64,000 bases of DNA from a virus, in IMG/VR virus record IMGVR_UViG_3300032294_002823. One strand, 5' to 3'. Every line of letters begins with the position of its first letter. The stretch's first letter is position 1. Both the position numbers and the translations under genes were made by a program. The notes below the pieces were generated by a model. That model was given only the letters and a program-made list of their open reading frames with translations. It did no database searches and was not told the DNA's origin. Shown one piece after another: positions 18,976-27,578 of the stretch.

Positions 18976-18994
18976 TGTCATAAATAAGTTTATT

Positions 18995-19078
18995 GCTCCT
19001 GTCGCATAACGGTTGATTGCACTGGTTTTGTAAACCAGCACATAAGAAACATTGTGGGTTCGAATCCCACCGGGAGCT
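18995..19078 (+). tRNA. tRNA-Thr(TGT) with extended variable region
   Basis: GCTCCTG/CGGGAGC acceptor; CTGGT-ttTGTaa-ACCAG; 15-nt variable region. Confidence 0.8.
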
Positions 19079-19099
19079 CTTAGTAGAAAAGTACGACCT

Positions 19100-19107
19100 T
19101 ATAAATA
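19100..19107 (+). promoter_or_regulatory. T4-type late promoter of the HNH gene
   Basis: TATAAATA immediately upstream of AGGAGG SD. Confidence 0.7.
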
Positions 19108-19124
19108 GATATATAGGAGGTCGT

Positions 19125-19514
19125 ATGAATTGTAAAAATTGCAATAGTTCTATTTCAAAAATCAAATTATTTTGTGATAACAAATGTCAGCAAGCCTTTC
19201 AATATAAGAAGTCATTAGATGAATGGTTAGGTGGAAAAAATTTTATCAGAAAAGGCGGCGTATCTGTGCCTGTTTGGATGAGAAGATATTTGTTAGATGA
19301 AACAAAGCATCAATGTGTTGAATGCGGATGGGGTAAAGAAAATCAGTATACAAAAACTGTACCTCTAGACATAGACCACATTGACGGAGATGCATATAAT
19401 AATTTGAGGGAGAATCTAAGAGTCTTGTGTCCTAATTGTCATTCATTGAAAAAGACTTTTAAAAACACAGGTCGCAGAAAATCTACAAGAAACAGAAAGA
19501 ATCTGCATCCTTAG
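19125..19514 (+). CDS. HNH endonuclease (putative free-standing homing endonuclease)
   Basis: CVECG...LDIDHIDG...NN-RENLRVLCPNCH; N-terminal CxxC..CxxxC; stop codon lies inside tRNA-Lys(CTT). Confidence 0.9.
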   Translation: MNCKNCNSSISKIKLFCDNKCQQAFQYKKSLDEWLGGKNFIRKGGVSVPVWMRRYLLDETKHQCVECGWGKENQYTKTVPLDIDHIDGDAYNNLRENLRVLCPNCHSLKKTFKNTGRRKSTRNRKNLHP

Positions 19515-19577
19515 CTCAATTGGCAGAGCATGTGACTCTTAATCACCAGGTTGTAGGTTCGATTCCTACAGGATGCA
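19505..19577 (+). tRNA. tRNA-Lys(CTT)
   Basis: GTGA-ctCTTaa-TCAC. Confidence 0.9.
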
Positions 19578-19580
19578 TTT

Positions 19581-19653
19581 GCGGGTGTAGCTCAGTTGGT
19601 AGAGCGCAACCTTGCCAAGGTTGATGTCGTGGGTTCGAGTCCCATCTCCCGCT
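19581..19653 (+). tRNA. tRNA-Gly(GCC)
   Basis: CAACC-ttGCCaa-GGTTG. Confidence 0.93.
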
Positions 19654-19662
19654 CTTTGAATC

Positions 19663-19735
19663 GCCTCTGTAGCTCAGTTGGTAGAGCGCCAGCCTGAAGA
19701 GCTGGGCGTCGGCGGTTCGACTCCGTCCGGAGGCA
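19663..19735 (+). tRNA. tRNA-Phe(GAA)
   Basis: CCAGC-ctGAAga-GCTGG. Confidence 0.93.
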
Positions 19736-19750
19736 CTGTAGTACAACCAT

Positions 19751-19823
19751 TCCCAGATAGCTCAGTCGGTAGAGCAGGTGACTGTTAATCACCGGGTCGG
19801 GGGTTCAAGTCCCTCTCTGGGAG
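19751..19823 (+). tRNA. tRNA-Asn(GTT)
   Basis: GGTGA-ctGTTaa-TCACC. Confidence 0.93.
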
Positions 19824-19846
19824 CTAATTTAACTTAATGAGATATT

Positions 19847-20122
19847 ATGAAAGACATTTTATTTGCAAAACCCAGAACGTTAACAGAAACAGAAGAACAC
19901 ATTATTGTGAAACGCAAGTGGTGGGCGGTGGTACTGCTGATTATTGGCGGTGTTATTCTTGCGGGTAGATTACCTGTACCTCTGTTTATTCCCTATGTGT
20001 TTTTCTTTTTTGGTCATGGAGGCATGTTACATAGCTTCTATAAGAAGCATGATTATCCCATGGTTATTGTCAATGCCGTTTGGCTACTCATTGATATGAT
20101 TGGTATGATTCGCTGGTTTTAA
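19847..20122 (+). CDS. Small membrane protein
   Basis: Three hydrophobic segments. Confidence 0.7.
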   Translation: MKDILFAKPRTLTETEEHIIVKRKWWAVVLLIIGGVILAGRLPVPLFIPYVFFFFGHGGMLHSFYKKHDYPMVIVNAVWLLIDMIGMIRWF

Positions 20123-20123
20123 T

Positions 20124-20519
20124 ATGAAAGTTTCCATTGGTCGCTATCCAAAAGATCCAAACAAAGAACGGAAGATTTCTGTGAAAATTGATCCATGGGA
20201 TACGTGGAGTATGGATGTGACATTGGCGCATATCATTCTTCCTATGCTCAAGCAATTGAAGGAAACAAAACAGGGCGCGCCATATGTTGATGACGAAGAT
20301 GTACCTGAACACCTCCGCAAATCAGCAGCTCCACCAACTGAAAATGAGTGGGATACGGATGACAATCATTTCAAACGGTGGGATTATGTTCTTGATGAAA
20401 TGATTTTTGCGTTTGAAAGTAAACAAAATTGTACTTGGGTGGAAAAATATGTAAACCAAGTACGTATCATTAATGGACTTCGATTGTTTGGAAAATATTA
20501 CGAAAGTTTATGGGACTAA
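20124..20519 (+). CDS. Conserved hypothetical phage protein
   Basis: WDTWSMD-TLA-II-PML...WDYVLDEMIFAF...GL-LFGKYY-SLWD. Confidence 0.8.
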   Translation: MKVSIGRYPKDPNKERKISVKIDPWDTWSMDVTLAHIILPMLKQLKETKQGAPYVDDEDVPEHLRKSAAPPTENEWDTDDNHFKRWDYVLDEMIFAFESKQNCTWVEKYVNQVRIINGLRLFGKYYESLWD

Positions 20520-20522
20520 ATC

Positions 20523-20792
20523 ATGTATAAAAAATATGAATATGAAAAGACCACACTCACCGCTCAGAGTTACAACAACAAGATTTCAGTAGAACTTCCT
20601 GCTGACATCACGTTGAATGAATTTCTTGATGCATGCCGTGTACTGGCTATTGGATTAACCTTTTGTCCTGACTCTTGGAAAGAGACCATCATTAATTTGG
20701 CTGATGAATATCGTGAACTTGATGAATATCGTGAAAAAAAATTCACACTCGGCAGTTCTGTATCTAGCACTGATGATGAATTTTTTCTATGA
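20523..20792 (+). CDS. Hypothetical protein
   Basis: ORF within operon. Confidence 0.65.
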   Translation: MYKKYEYEKTTLTAQSYNNKISVELPADITLNEFLDACRVLAIGLTFCPDSWKETIINLADEYRELDEYREKKFTLGSSVSSTDDEFFL

Positions 20793-21148
20793 GATTTCTC
20801 ACACGAAAGCTCGTACAACCCGGTGATTTAAATGCGGGCAGCACCTTGTTTGGAGGAAGATGTTTGGCGTGGATTGACGAAGAAGCCGCAATCTACGCCA
20901 GTATTGAATTACGTCATCGTAGAGTTGTTACCAAAAGCATCTCCGCCATCAACTTCATTGCTCCTGCCTTTCAAGGAGACATTGTTGAAATTGGCGTTGC
21001 ACTAAAGAAAGTAGGCAAGACGAGCATCACGCTTGAGGTTCAGGTACGGGACTTGACAACTCAGCGTGTTATTGTTAATATTGATGAAATGATTTTTGTT
21101 GCTGTTGATGAAAATGGGAGACCGGTGAAACATGGACTCTGTAAATAA
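20789..21148 (+). CDS. Acyl-CoA thioesterase (hotdog fold)
   Basis: DLN---TLFGG--LAWIDE; VGKTSI; FVAVDENGRP. Confidence 0.9.
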   Translation: MRFLTRKLVQPGDLNAGSTLFGGRCLAWIDEEAAIYASIELRHRRVVTKSISAINFIAPAFQGDIVEIGVALKKVGKTSITLEVQVRDLTTQRVIVNIDEMIFVAVDENGRPVKHGLCK

Positions 21149-21485
21149 GTTTGTCGTTGCCACAGGTGTATGGATCATTCTCACTCTTGTTGTGTATAAA
21201 CACATAGGATGGGAAAAGGTTCGTGAATGTTATTTGTTATGGACGAAACGAGAATATTGGACCAATTATAACATTGTTGAAGCCTTGAGCTGGTTTGCCA
21301 AGGCTATTATCATTGTTCCTGGATTAATCTTCAATGTTAGTATCTGGTGGTTATATTTCTTCACGCTGTTCACAAGTTTAACCTTAATTTGGGCAAGTAA
21401 TAAAAAACTTCTCCCCACCCTAGTAGGATTCAATACATTATGGGCATGGATTAGTTGTATGGTACTTGCAAAACACATACTATGA
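21132..21485 (+). CDS. Membrane protein
   Basis: Multiple TM segments. Confidence 0.7.
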   Translation: MDSVNKFVVATGVWIILTLVVYKHIGWEKVRECYLLWTKREYWTNYNIVEALSWFAKAIIIVPGLIFNVSIWWLYFFTLFTSLTLIWASNKKLLPTLVGFNTLWAWISCMVLAKHIL

Positions 21486-23032
21486 TTCCTGATAATTATA
21501 AATTTGTTGTTGTAGGCGGCGGGACTGCTGGTTGGTTGTCAGCTCTATTTCTGAAAAAGAATATCCCCAAGGCACACATCACGGTGATTGAAAGTAGTGA
21601 TATCGGTATTCTAGGTGCGGGCGAAGGCACTGTTTGGAATTTCATTGAATTCTTGCAGAGCATTGATATTTCTCCTGGTGATATTGTGTATCATGCCCAA
21701 GGCACATTTAAAAATGGGATTAAGTTCACTAATTGGAACGGCGACGGTGAACATTATTTTCATGGATTTGCCGATCCTAGCGAAGTTACCATTGAACATC
21801 CCAAGATGCCATTCTTTGATTTTTCTTTACCACACTTAGAAGCTCTAGCGGCAGGAAAAAATTTAGATGATGTGAATTTCAGTGCACAAGTTTCTTCTAA
21901 CAATGATGTCAAGTATAAGACAAACGGAAAGAAAACTAGTGATCCCTATGAACATTTCACACAGCTTGGGCATACAGCATTACACTTTGATGCTCGTTTA
22001 TTGGCGCAATATTTAAAGAATGTTGGTGTGTCCCGTGGTATTGAATTGATAGATGCAAAGGTGACATCAGTGGCAGAAGATGTTTCCCATAACATTTCTG
22101 ATATCCAATTAGACAACGGCACAGTACTGCATCCTGATTTCGTGTTCGATTGTTCTGGATTTCATAAATTAATTCTTGGAAAGCATTATCAAGAACAATG
22201 GGAATCATATGAAAACCATCTTCCTGTAAATCGCGCACTTCCATTTTTCTTACCTCGCACGGAAGAAAAAATTCCTCCATACACCGAGGCAATTGCCATG
22301 AAGTATGGCTGGATATGGAAAATCCCTGTGGGTGAACGTTATGGGTGTGGTTATGTGTTTAATGGACGATTAATTACCGATGAACAGGCAAAACAGGAAA
22401 TTGAGGAACTTGTTGGACATGAAATCACTTCACCGAAAACATTCTCCTTCACTCCTGGAGCATTCTATCGTCCTTGGCGACATAATGTTTTGGCGATGGG
22501 ATTGGCAGCAAACTTCATTGAACCTCTGGAAGCCACAAGTATTTGGGTAACAACCATGTCACTTCGTATGTTCGTGAAATATTTTCAAGGATATCTGACG
22601 AAGAATTTTTCACACGTGGATTCATACAACAATGAAGTGCGAAATATTAATCAAGAAATTTGTGCATTCATTTATTTTCATTATCTAACGAAGCGAGATG
22701 ATACAGATTTTTGGAGAAATTTCCGCGTGAATAATACGCCTCCTGAAAAATATCATCTCTTACACACTGAATTAACATCAGGAAGATTTGAACGAAAATA
22801 TTTTGGCGTTTCAAGTTATATGCAGGTGGGTGCGGGCATTAAATATTTTGAACCACTAGAAGCAAATCAAATGTATGAATATCAGCTAGGGATTTTTGGC
22901 GCCGATAAATATAAAAATGATAAGCTATTCAAAAATTTTGAAATGGAGAAGCTCACCACTGAATGTGTTGACCATGCCTTCATTACAGAGTATATCAAGA
23001 AGCGTCACCTTGAGGTGTTAAAAGAATCATGA
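21482..23032 (+). CDS. Tryptophan halogenase-family flavoprotein (PrnA-like)
   Basis: GGGTAGW, GAGEGT, GWIWKIP (WxWxIP), FIEPLEATSI. Confidence 0.9.
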   Translation: MIPDNYKFVVVGGGTAGWLSALFLKKNIPKAHITVIESSDIGILGAGEGTVWNFIEFLQSIDISPGDIVYHAQGTFKNGIKFTNWNGDGEHYFHGFADPSEVTIEHPKMPFFDFSLPHLEALAAGKNLDDVNFSAQVSSNNDVKYKTNGKKTSDPYEHFTQLGHTALHFDARLLAQYLKNVGVSRGIELIDAKVTSVAEDVSHNISDIQLDNGTVLHPDFVFDCSGFHKLILGKHYQEQWESYENHLPVNRALPFFLPRTEEKIPPYTEAIAMKYGWIWKIPVGERYGCGYVFNGRLITDEQAKQEIEELVGHEITSPKTFSFTPGAFYRPWRHNVLAMGLAANFIEPLEATSIWVTTMSLRMFVKYFQGYLTKNFSHVDSYNNEVRNINQEICAFIYFHYLTKRDDTDFWRNFRVNNTPPEKYHLLHTELTSGRFERKYFGVSSYMQVGAGIKYFEPLEANQMYEYQLGIFGADKYKNDKLFKNFEMEKLTTECVDHAFITEYIKKRHLEVLKES

Positions 23033-23625
23033 AAGTAGAACATGTATTCAACAGAAAAATTGTTCGTTTTCAATGTGATGAAGTGGAGTTTTACACCAAT
23101 GAAAATTTTCTTAATAATTTAAATAGATTGTTCAATCACCCATCAATGCGAGACAACGTTTCGAATGAACAGGTGGGCGATGCCCAAACAACAGTAGGAA
23201 AGAATTTTCTACTTCCTTTGAAGTTGCCCGGTGCGGAAAATCTAGAGCGTTGGATTCATGAACGATTAATGGAAGCAGCACCCCATTTCGTAGACTTCAC
23301 ACCCACCAGTATTCAATTTGTTCGCACATGGACAAATAAAATGTTTCGTGGGTGTGAAGGACAGACACACAATCACAAAGGCCCCAATCACGGCGTTGGT
23401 GTGTTTTATGTGAATATTCCAGAGAATGGAAGTGATTTAGTGTTTGTGCGCGATGGTGTGTACATGACAAAGATTTCAGATTATGCAATAGGTGATGTTG
23501 TATTTGCAGGAACGCGAACCGGTGAATTGGTATTACATGATACAGAAATTTCTCATGCTGTATCTGAACATGATAATGATGAACCAAGAATTTGTATCGT
23601 TGTGGAGTTCACATATATTCCATAA
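23029..23625 (+). CDS. 2OG-Fe(II) oxygenase (TIGR02466-like)
   Basis: W-N...HNH...GVFYV...H-V...RI motif pattern. Confidence 0.75.
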   Translation: MKVEHVFNRKIVRFQCDEVEFYTNENFLNNLNRLFNHPSMRDNVSNEQVGDAQTTVGKNFLLPLKLPGAENLERWIHERLMEAAPHFVDFTPTSIQFVRTWTNKMFRGCEGQTHNHKGPNHGVGVFYVNIPENGSDLVFVRDGVYMTKISDYAIGDVVFAGTRTGELVLHDTEISHAVSEHDNDEPRICIVVEFTYIP

Positions 23626-23630
23626 CACTA

Positions 23631-23704
23631 GGGGTGGTAGCTCAGTTGGTTAGAGCATCCGACTGTCACTCGGAAGGTCGCGGGTTCGACCCCCGTCCAT
23701 CCCG
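23631..23704 (+). tRNA. tRNA-Asp(GTC)
   Basis: TCCGA-ctGTCac-TCGGA. Confidence 0.93.
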
Positions 23705-23705
23705 T

Positions 23706-23900
23706 ATGAAAAAAGTTAAAAGTCCTTGTGTCAAACAATGTAAACTCCAAGATGATTATTGTTTTGGTTGTTTCCGGCATATAGATGAAATTGTCAAATG
23801 GAGACACTTGACAAACGAAGAAAAAACTGTTATATTACAAGAGTTGGAACAAAGAAAAATGGCACGGTGGTCTGAACTGGCTGAGGCACCGCTCTCATAA
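23706..23900 (+). CDS. DUF1289-like Cys-rich protein
   Basis: SPCV--C-L---CFGCFR--EI--W; 3' end overlaps tRNA-Met; contains promoter TTGACA(23808)-N17-TATATT. Confidence 0.75.
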   Translation: MKKVKSPCVKQCKLQDDYCFGCFRHIDEIVKWRHLTNEEKTVILQELEQRKMARWSELAEAPLS

Positions 23901-23936
23901 GGCGGGTTTATGTGGGTTCAAGTCCCACCCGTGCTA
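23861..23936 (+). tRNA. tRNA-Met(CAT) (elongator; Ile2 not excluded)
   Basis: CCGCT-ctCATaa-GGCGG. Confidence 0.85.
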
Positions 23937-23944
23937 CTAACTTT

Positions 23945-24028
23945 GGGGGTGCCGCAGAGTTGGAGGACTGCAACAGACTGTAAATCTGTCGCCATTAGGC
24001 CTAGTAGGTTCGAATCCTTCCACCCCCA
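23945..24028 (+). tRNA. tRNA-Tyr(GTA)
   Basis: ACAGA-ctGTAaa-TCTGT; long variable arm. Confidence 0.9.
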
Positions 24029-24031
24029 TAC

Positions 24032-24105
24032 CGTCACTTAGCTCAGCTGGTTAGAGCATCCGTCTGATACACGGAAGGTCCGGGGTTCAACTCCCTGAGT
24101 GACGA
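24032..24105 (+). tRNA. tRNA-Ile(GAT)
   Basis: TCCGT-ctGATac-ACGGA. Confidence 0.92.
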
Positions 24106-24109
24106 CTTT

Positions 24110-24182
24110 GCCCTTGTAGCTCAATTGGAAGAGCAGGAGATTTCTACTCTCTTGGTTGTGGGTTCGAGTCCTGCCAGGGGCG
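24110..24182 (+). tRNA. tRNA-Arg(TCT)
   Basis: GGAGA-ttTCTac-TCTCT. Confidence 0.9.
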
Positions 24183-24187
24183 CTAAT

Positions 24188-24269
24188 GGAAGGTTCGCAT
24201 AATGGTATTGCAGCTGTCTACTAAACAGCCGACCGAAAGGTTATGTGGGTTCGAATCCCTCACCTTCCG
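24188..24269 (+). tRNA. tRNA-Ser(ACT)
   Basis: GGAAGGT/ACCTTCC acceptor with G73; GCTGT-ctACTaa-ACAGC; long variable arm. Confidence 0.85.
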
Positions 24270-24294
24270 CTTTTTTCAATAGTTAGGAGATGTT

Positions 24295-24966
24295 ATGATT
24301 CTACTTCTTGGCGATATTCATGGTAACACAACACGCCTTCGTTCTGCAATTCAGAAGGCAGTGGAATGTGATGCAACCGCTCTCGTTCAAGTAGGCGATT
24401 TTGGGTTATTTCAAGGTAAACGAAATGAAGGAGAATTTTATGAAATGTGTAAAAATTCTTCAATACCTGTTTACTTCATTGAAGGAAATCATGATGATTG
24501 TAGCCGCTGGGTACGTTATGAAACAGTAACACGGGTATGGCATGATGCCAATTTGTTTTATATACCACGTGGCACGGTTATGGAAATAGATGGGCGCACT
24601 ATCGCCTTCATGGGTGGTGCTGCCAGTATTGATAAAGATATGCGTTTACGTGAAGGTTGGCATTGGGATAAAGAAGAAAATATTTCAGGGCATGAAGTAT
24701 TACGGTTATTTGAAAATGCTGAAGGAAAACAGATTGATGTATTGATTACCCATGATGTTCCTACATCTGTGTGTAAGACACATTTTGATGATAGTGGTAA
24801 ATTATATTTTGGTGTTGGCAAGGATTGGCATGATGTAAATATGGATGTGATTCAACGCATCTGGGACCGTGTGGGTAATCCCATGATTTACTCTGGGCAT
24901 ATGCATCGGTCAGTGATTGGTCCTAACTATCGTATTCTAAATATTGATGAACTATTGGCAATATGA
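24295..24966 (+). CDS. Metallophosphoesterase (calcineurin-like)
   Basis: GDIHG, VGDFG, GNHD, THD, GHMH. Confidence 0.9.
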   Translation: MILLLGDIHGNTTRLRSAIQKAVECDATALVQVGDFGLFQGKRNEGEFYEMCKNSSIPVYFIEGNHDDCSRWVRYETVTRVWHDANLFYIPRGTVMEIDGRTIAFMGGAASIDKDMRLREGWHWDKEENISGHEVLRLFENAEGKQIDVLITHDVPTSVCKTHFDDSGKLYFGVGKDWHDVNMDVIQRIWDRVGNPMIYSGHMHRSVIGPNYRILNIDELLAI

Positions 24967-25181
24967 AATTATCTGATGCCAATAATAATGAACAATTAGA
25001 AGTTATAGGATTGGAATCCAATGTGGAATATCTTGAACGATTACACTCATTGGGCATCATAGAGGGGTGTGCAATATGTCCTTTACGCAATCAAGATTCA
25101 ACAATGATTGTGGATGTTCGAGGATGTAGATATGCATTGGGAAAAGAAATTACGGAATGTATTCTTGTTAGGCGCTTATAG
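24963..25181 (+). CDS. feoA: FeoA-domain protein
   Basis: RLHSLGI-EG...VRG-RYALG; SH3-like FeoA pattern. Confidence 0.8.
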   Translation: MKLSDANNNEQLEVIGLESNVEYLERLHSLGIIEGCAICPLRNQDSTMIVDVRGCRYALGKEITECILVRRL

Positions 25182-25245
25182 CTCAACTGGATAGAGCATC
25201 TGACTACGGATCAGAAGGTTATAGGTTCGAATCCTTTTAGGCGCA
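25172..25245 (+). tRNA. tRNA-Arg(ACG)
   Basis: TCTGA-ctACGga-TCAGA. Confidence 0.93.
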
Positions 25246-25246
25246 T

Positions 25247-25429
25247 ATGAAAAAAACAACTGACCAAGAAATAGAGGAAATGCGTTTATCTCTGTTTCTG
25301 TTAAAATTAGAATTAGAAGGATATATTCGTGGTGATTGGTACTACGAATATCACATGACTATTGGTTATAATAAAAAATTTACCGGAAAAAAGATTCTTA
25401 GACTTGACAAAAGTGAAGAAACCGAGTAG
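25247..25429 (+). CDS. Hypothetical protein
   Basis: 60 aa between tRNAs; contains promoter TTGACA(25404)-N17-TAGATT. Confidence 0.45.
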   Translation: MKKTTDQEIEEMRLSLFLLKLELEGYIRGDWYYEYHMTIGYNKKFTGKKILRLDKSEETE

Positions 25430-25441
25430 ATTACAATCATA

Positions 25442-25514
25442 CGGGATGTAGCTCAATTGGCAGAGCACTCGCTTTGGGAGCGAGGGGTTGCTGGTTCAAG
25501 TCCAGTCATCCCGA
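25442..25514 (+). tRNA. tRNA-Pro(TGG)
   Basis: CTCGC-ttTGGga-GCGAG. Confidence 0.93.
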
Positions 25515-25530
25515 CTTACAAGGAGAAAAC

Positions 25531-25692
25531 ATGAAAGAAAAAGACAGACTACCAGACATCATTGCAATAATAGCAACAATCATTTTCATTGTATTTGCAT
25601 TTGTCATTTCTGGATCCGTTGGCACCGGCAATGGTGTCAGCGAGTTACAAGGCGGAGACATTCAACACGCCATAGATACAAAACAATACTAA
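25531..25692 (+). CDS. Small single-TM protein
   Basis: AAGGAG SD; hydrophobic IIAIIATIIFIVFAFVI. Confidence 0.7.
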   Translation: MKEKDRLPDIIAIIATIIFIVFAFVISGSVGTGNGVSELQGGDIQHAIDTKQY

Positions 25693-25695
25693 GTT

Positions 25696-25770
25696 GGACG
25701 AGTGGCAGAGAGGCCCAATGCAAGAGTCTGCAAAACTCTAAAGCCGCCGGTTCGAATCCGGCCTCGTCCT
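25696..25770 (+). tRNA. tRNA-Cys(GCA)
   Basis: AGAGT-ctGCAaa-ACTCT; U73. Confidence 0.92.
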
Positions 25771-25847
25771 TGCTGAACATGGTTCGGCGGTTACACAAGA
25801 TATAACACTCTGTTGTATCGAGAACTCATATATTAAAGGAGTATATA

Positions 25848-26999
25848 ATGAAGCGTATTTTGTTTACAGCAGTTGCAGCACTTTCACTCATGGCATGTCA
25901 GGATAATGTCACCGCCGTGCCCGCATTTGAACCTAAGGTCACAACCATTGTCGTGACGCCTACCGCTTCCCAAGTAGAGGCAGGACGTACTGTCACATTG
26001 ACAGCAGTTGTGAAGGATCAGCGTGATTCTGTCATGACCGGCAAGTCCGTGACCTGGGCATCAAACAACACCTCTGTTGCCACTGTTGCTGCTAATGTAA
26101 TCACGGCAGGAGCAACCACGGCAACTGTTACAGGTGTCACCAAGGGGACAGCAAGCATTGTCGCCTCTGTTGAAGGTAAGGTCACAACGGTTCCCGTATT
26201 CGTAGTTGATCCTACAGTAGCCACGGTCAGTGTCACCGCAACTGTCCCACCCACGTTTTTCGTTGGGCAGACATTACAGGCAACTTCTGTTGCACGGGAC
26301 AGTGGAAACAATGCCCTCACATCATTCACCACGACCTGGACATCAAGCACGCCCACCGTTGCCTCTGTATCTGCAACTGGATTGATTACGGCATTGTCAG
26401 CGGGTACTACTACCATTACAGCCACTACAGGTGGAAAGACAGGTACATTGAACGTTACTGTATCCCTAGTCCCTGTTGCCCGTGTACTTCTCACGTTACC
26501 TAAGCCTGCTCATGTGGGTCGCCCCGCTACACTTGTTGCTGAATTGCGTAACAGCTCAGGTACTGCACTAACTGCTGCGCAGCGTACATTTGGTTGGCAT
26601 AGTAGTGATGAGTCCATTGCCACGATTTCTTCAACAGGCGTACTTACAGGTCTCACCTATGGCACTACCATTGTTACTTGTGTTGTCGAGAACCGAGTCG
26701 GCACACTAGTAGTAAATGTCACGGAAGTGGGTATTGATTACATTGTTGTTTCACCTGATAGTTCAGACCTGAAGGTGGGCGCTACCCGTCAATACACAGC
26801 CACAGCATTTGATGCTGATAGTGTTCCTCTAAGTGTGGCAGCATTGAATGGTCGCCCGTTTGAGTGGACTACTACTAACAGTGCAACAGCACGAGTTTCT
26901 AACATTGGTCTTTTGTTGGGTATCGCCCCAGGAACGACATTCGTTTCAGCATCAATTGGAACAGTTTCCGATAATGCAAAAGTAGTTATTGTTCCATAA
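25848..26999 (+). CDS. Lipoprotein with four bacterial Ig-like (Big_2) repeats
   Basis: LMAC lipobox; four W-S-----ATV---G-VT----GT--I-A repeats. Confidence 0.88.
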   Translation: MKRILFTAVAALSLMACQDNVTAVPAFEPKVTTIVVTPTASQVEAGRTVTLTAVVKDQRDSVMTGKSVTWASNNTSVATVAANVITAGATTATVTGVTKGTASIVASVEGKVTTVPVFVVDPTVATVSVTATVPPTFFVGQTLQATSVARDSGNNALTSFTTTWTSSTPTVASVSATGLITALSAGTTTITATTGGKTGTLNVTVSLVPVARVLLTLPKPAHVGRPATLVAELRNSSGTALTAAQRTFGWHSSDESIATISSTGVLTGLTYGTTIVTCVVENRVGTLVVNVTEVGIDYIVVSPDSSDLKVGATRQYTATAFDADSVPLSVAALNGRPFEWTTTNSATARVSNIGLLLGIAPGTTFVSASIGTVSDNAKVVIVP

Positions 27000-27026
27000 C
27001 ATTTACAGCAGTTTTTAGGAGGAGTT

Positions 27027-27503
27027 ATGAGAAAGCCCATGGATATTGAACATATTATTGAATACATTAATAATCAACCCCCTGAAAGCTGCGTGTATCT
27101 GGGAGCCGACTCAGAACGCTACAACAAAAACGGTCGTTGGATGGCCGACTACACATTGGCTGTGGTCGTCCATCACGGCGGGCGTCATGGATGTAAGATT
27201 TTCGGTGAAGTACAGACTGAAAATGATTACGACCAAAGACAGGATCGTCCTGTTGTACGGCTCATGAATGAAGTATATAAAGTATCAGAATTATATCTGA
27301 AATTGGTTGATGCCCTAGTTGACAGACATGTTGAAATTCACTTGGATATCAATCCAGATGAAGAACATGCAAGTAATGTAGTCATTCAACAGGCCATTGG
27401 ATATATTCGTGGAGTATGTCAAATGACACCAAAAGTGAAGCCTGATGCTTTCGCGGCATCATTTGCCGCTGATAGATTGAAGGAAGTTCTTGTAAATTGT
27501 TAA
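27027..27503 (+). CDS. RNase H-like YkuK-family protein
   Basis: YLGADS, RLMNEV, EIHLDIN, KP-AFAAS-AAD. Confidence 0.82.
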   Translation: MRKPMDIEHIIEYINNQPPESCVYLGADSERYNKNGRWMADYTLAVVVHHGGRHGCKIFGEVQTENDYDQRQDRPVVRLMNEVYKVSELYLKLVDALVDRHVEIHLDINPDEEHASNVVIQQAIGYIRGVCQMTPKVKPDAFAASFAADRLKEVLVNC

Positions 27504-27524
27504 ATTAGAACAACTTACGTCATA

Positions 27525-27553
27525 TTGACAAACAACCAGAAAGTGTGTATATT
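27525..27553 (+). promoter_or_regulatory. Sigma70-type promoter
   Basis: TTGACA-N17-TATATT. Confidence 0.65.
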
Positions 27554-27578
27554 TAAGTAACCTAAAAAAGGAGAACAA

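Noticed and set aside
16820-19745. TGTAGTA motif just after tRNA-Gln, tRNA-Leu(TAA) and tRNA-Phe
   Set aside because: Only three of 26 tRNAs carry it, and a 7-mer in AT-rich DNA may be chance
17431-19792. ORF-track entries overlapping tRNAs (e.g. 17431-17631, 17955-18360, 19543-19792) and the 5' extension of the HNH ORF
   Set aside because: They are translations of tRNA genes or their antisense strands
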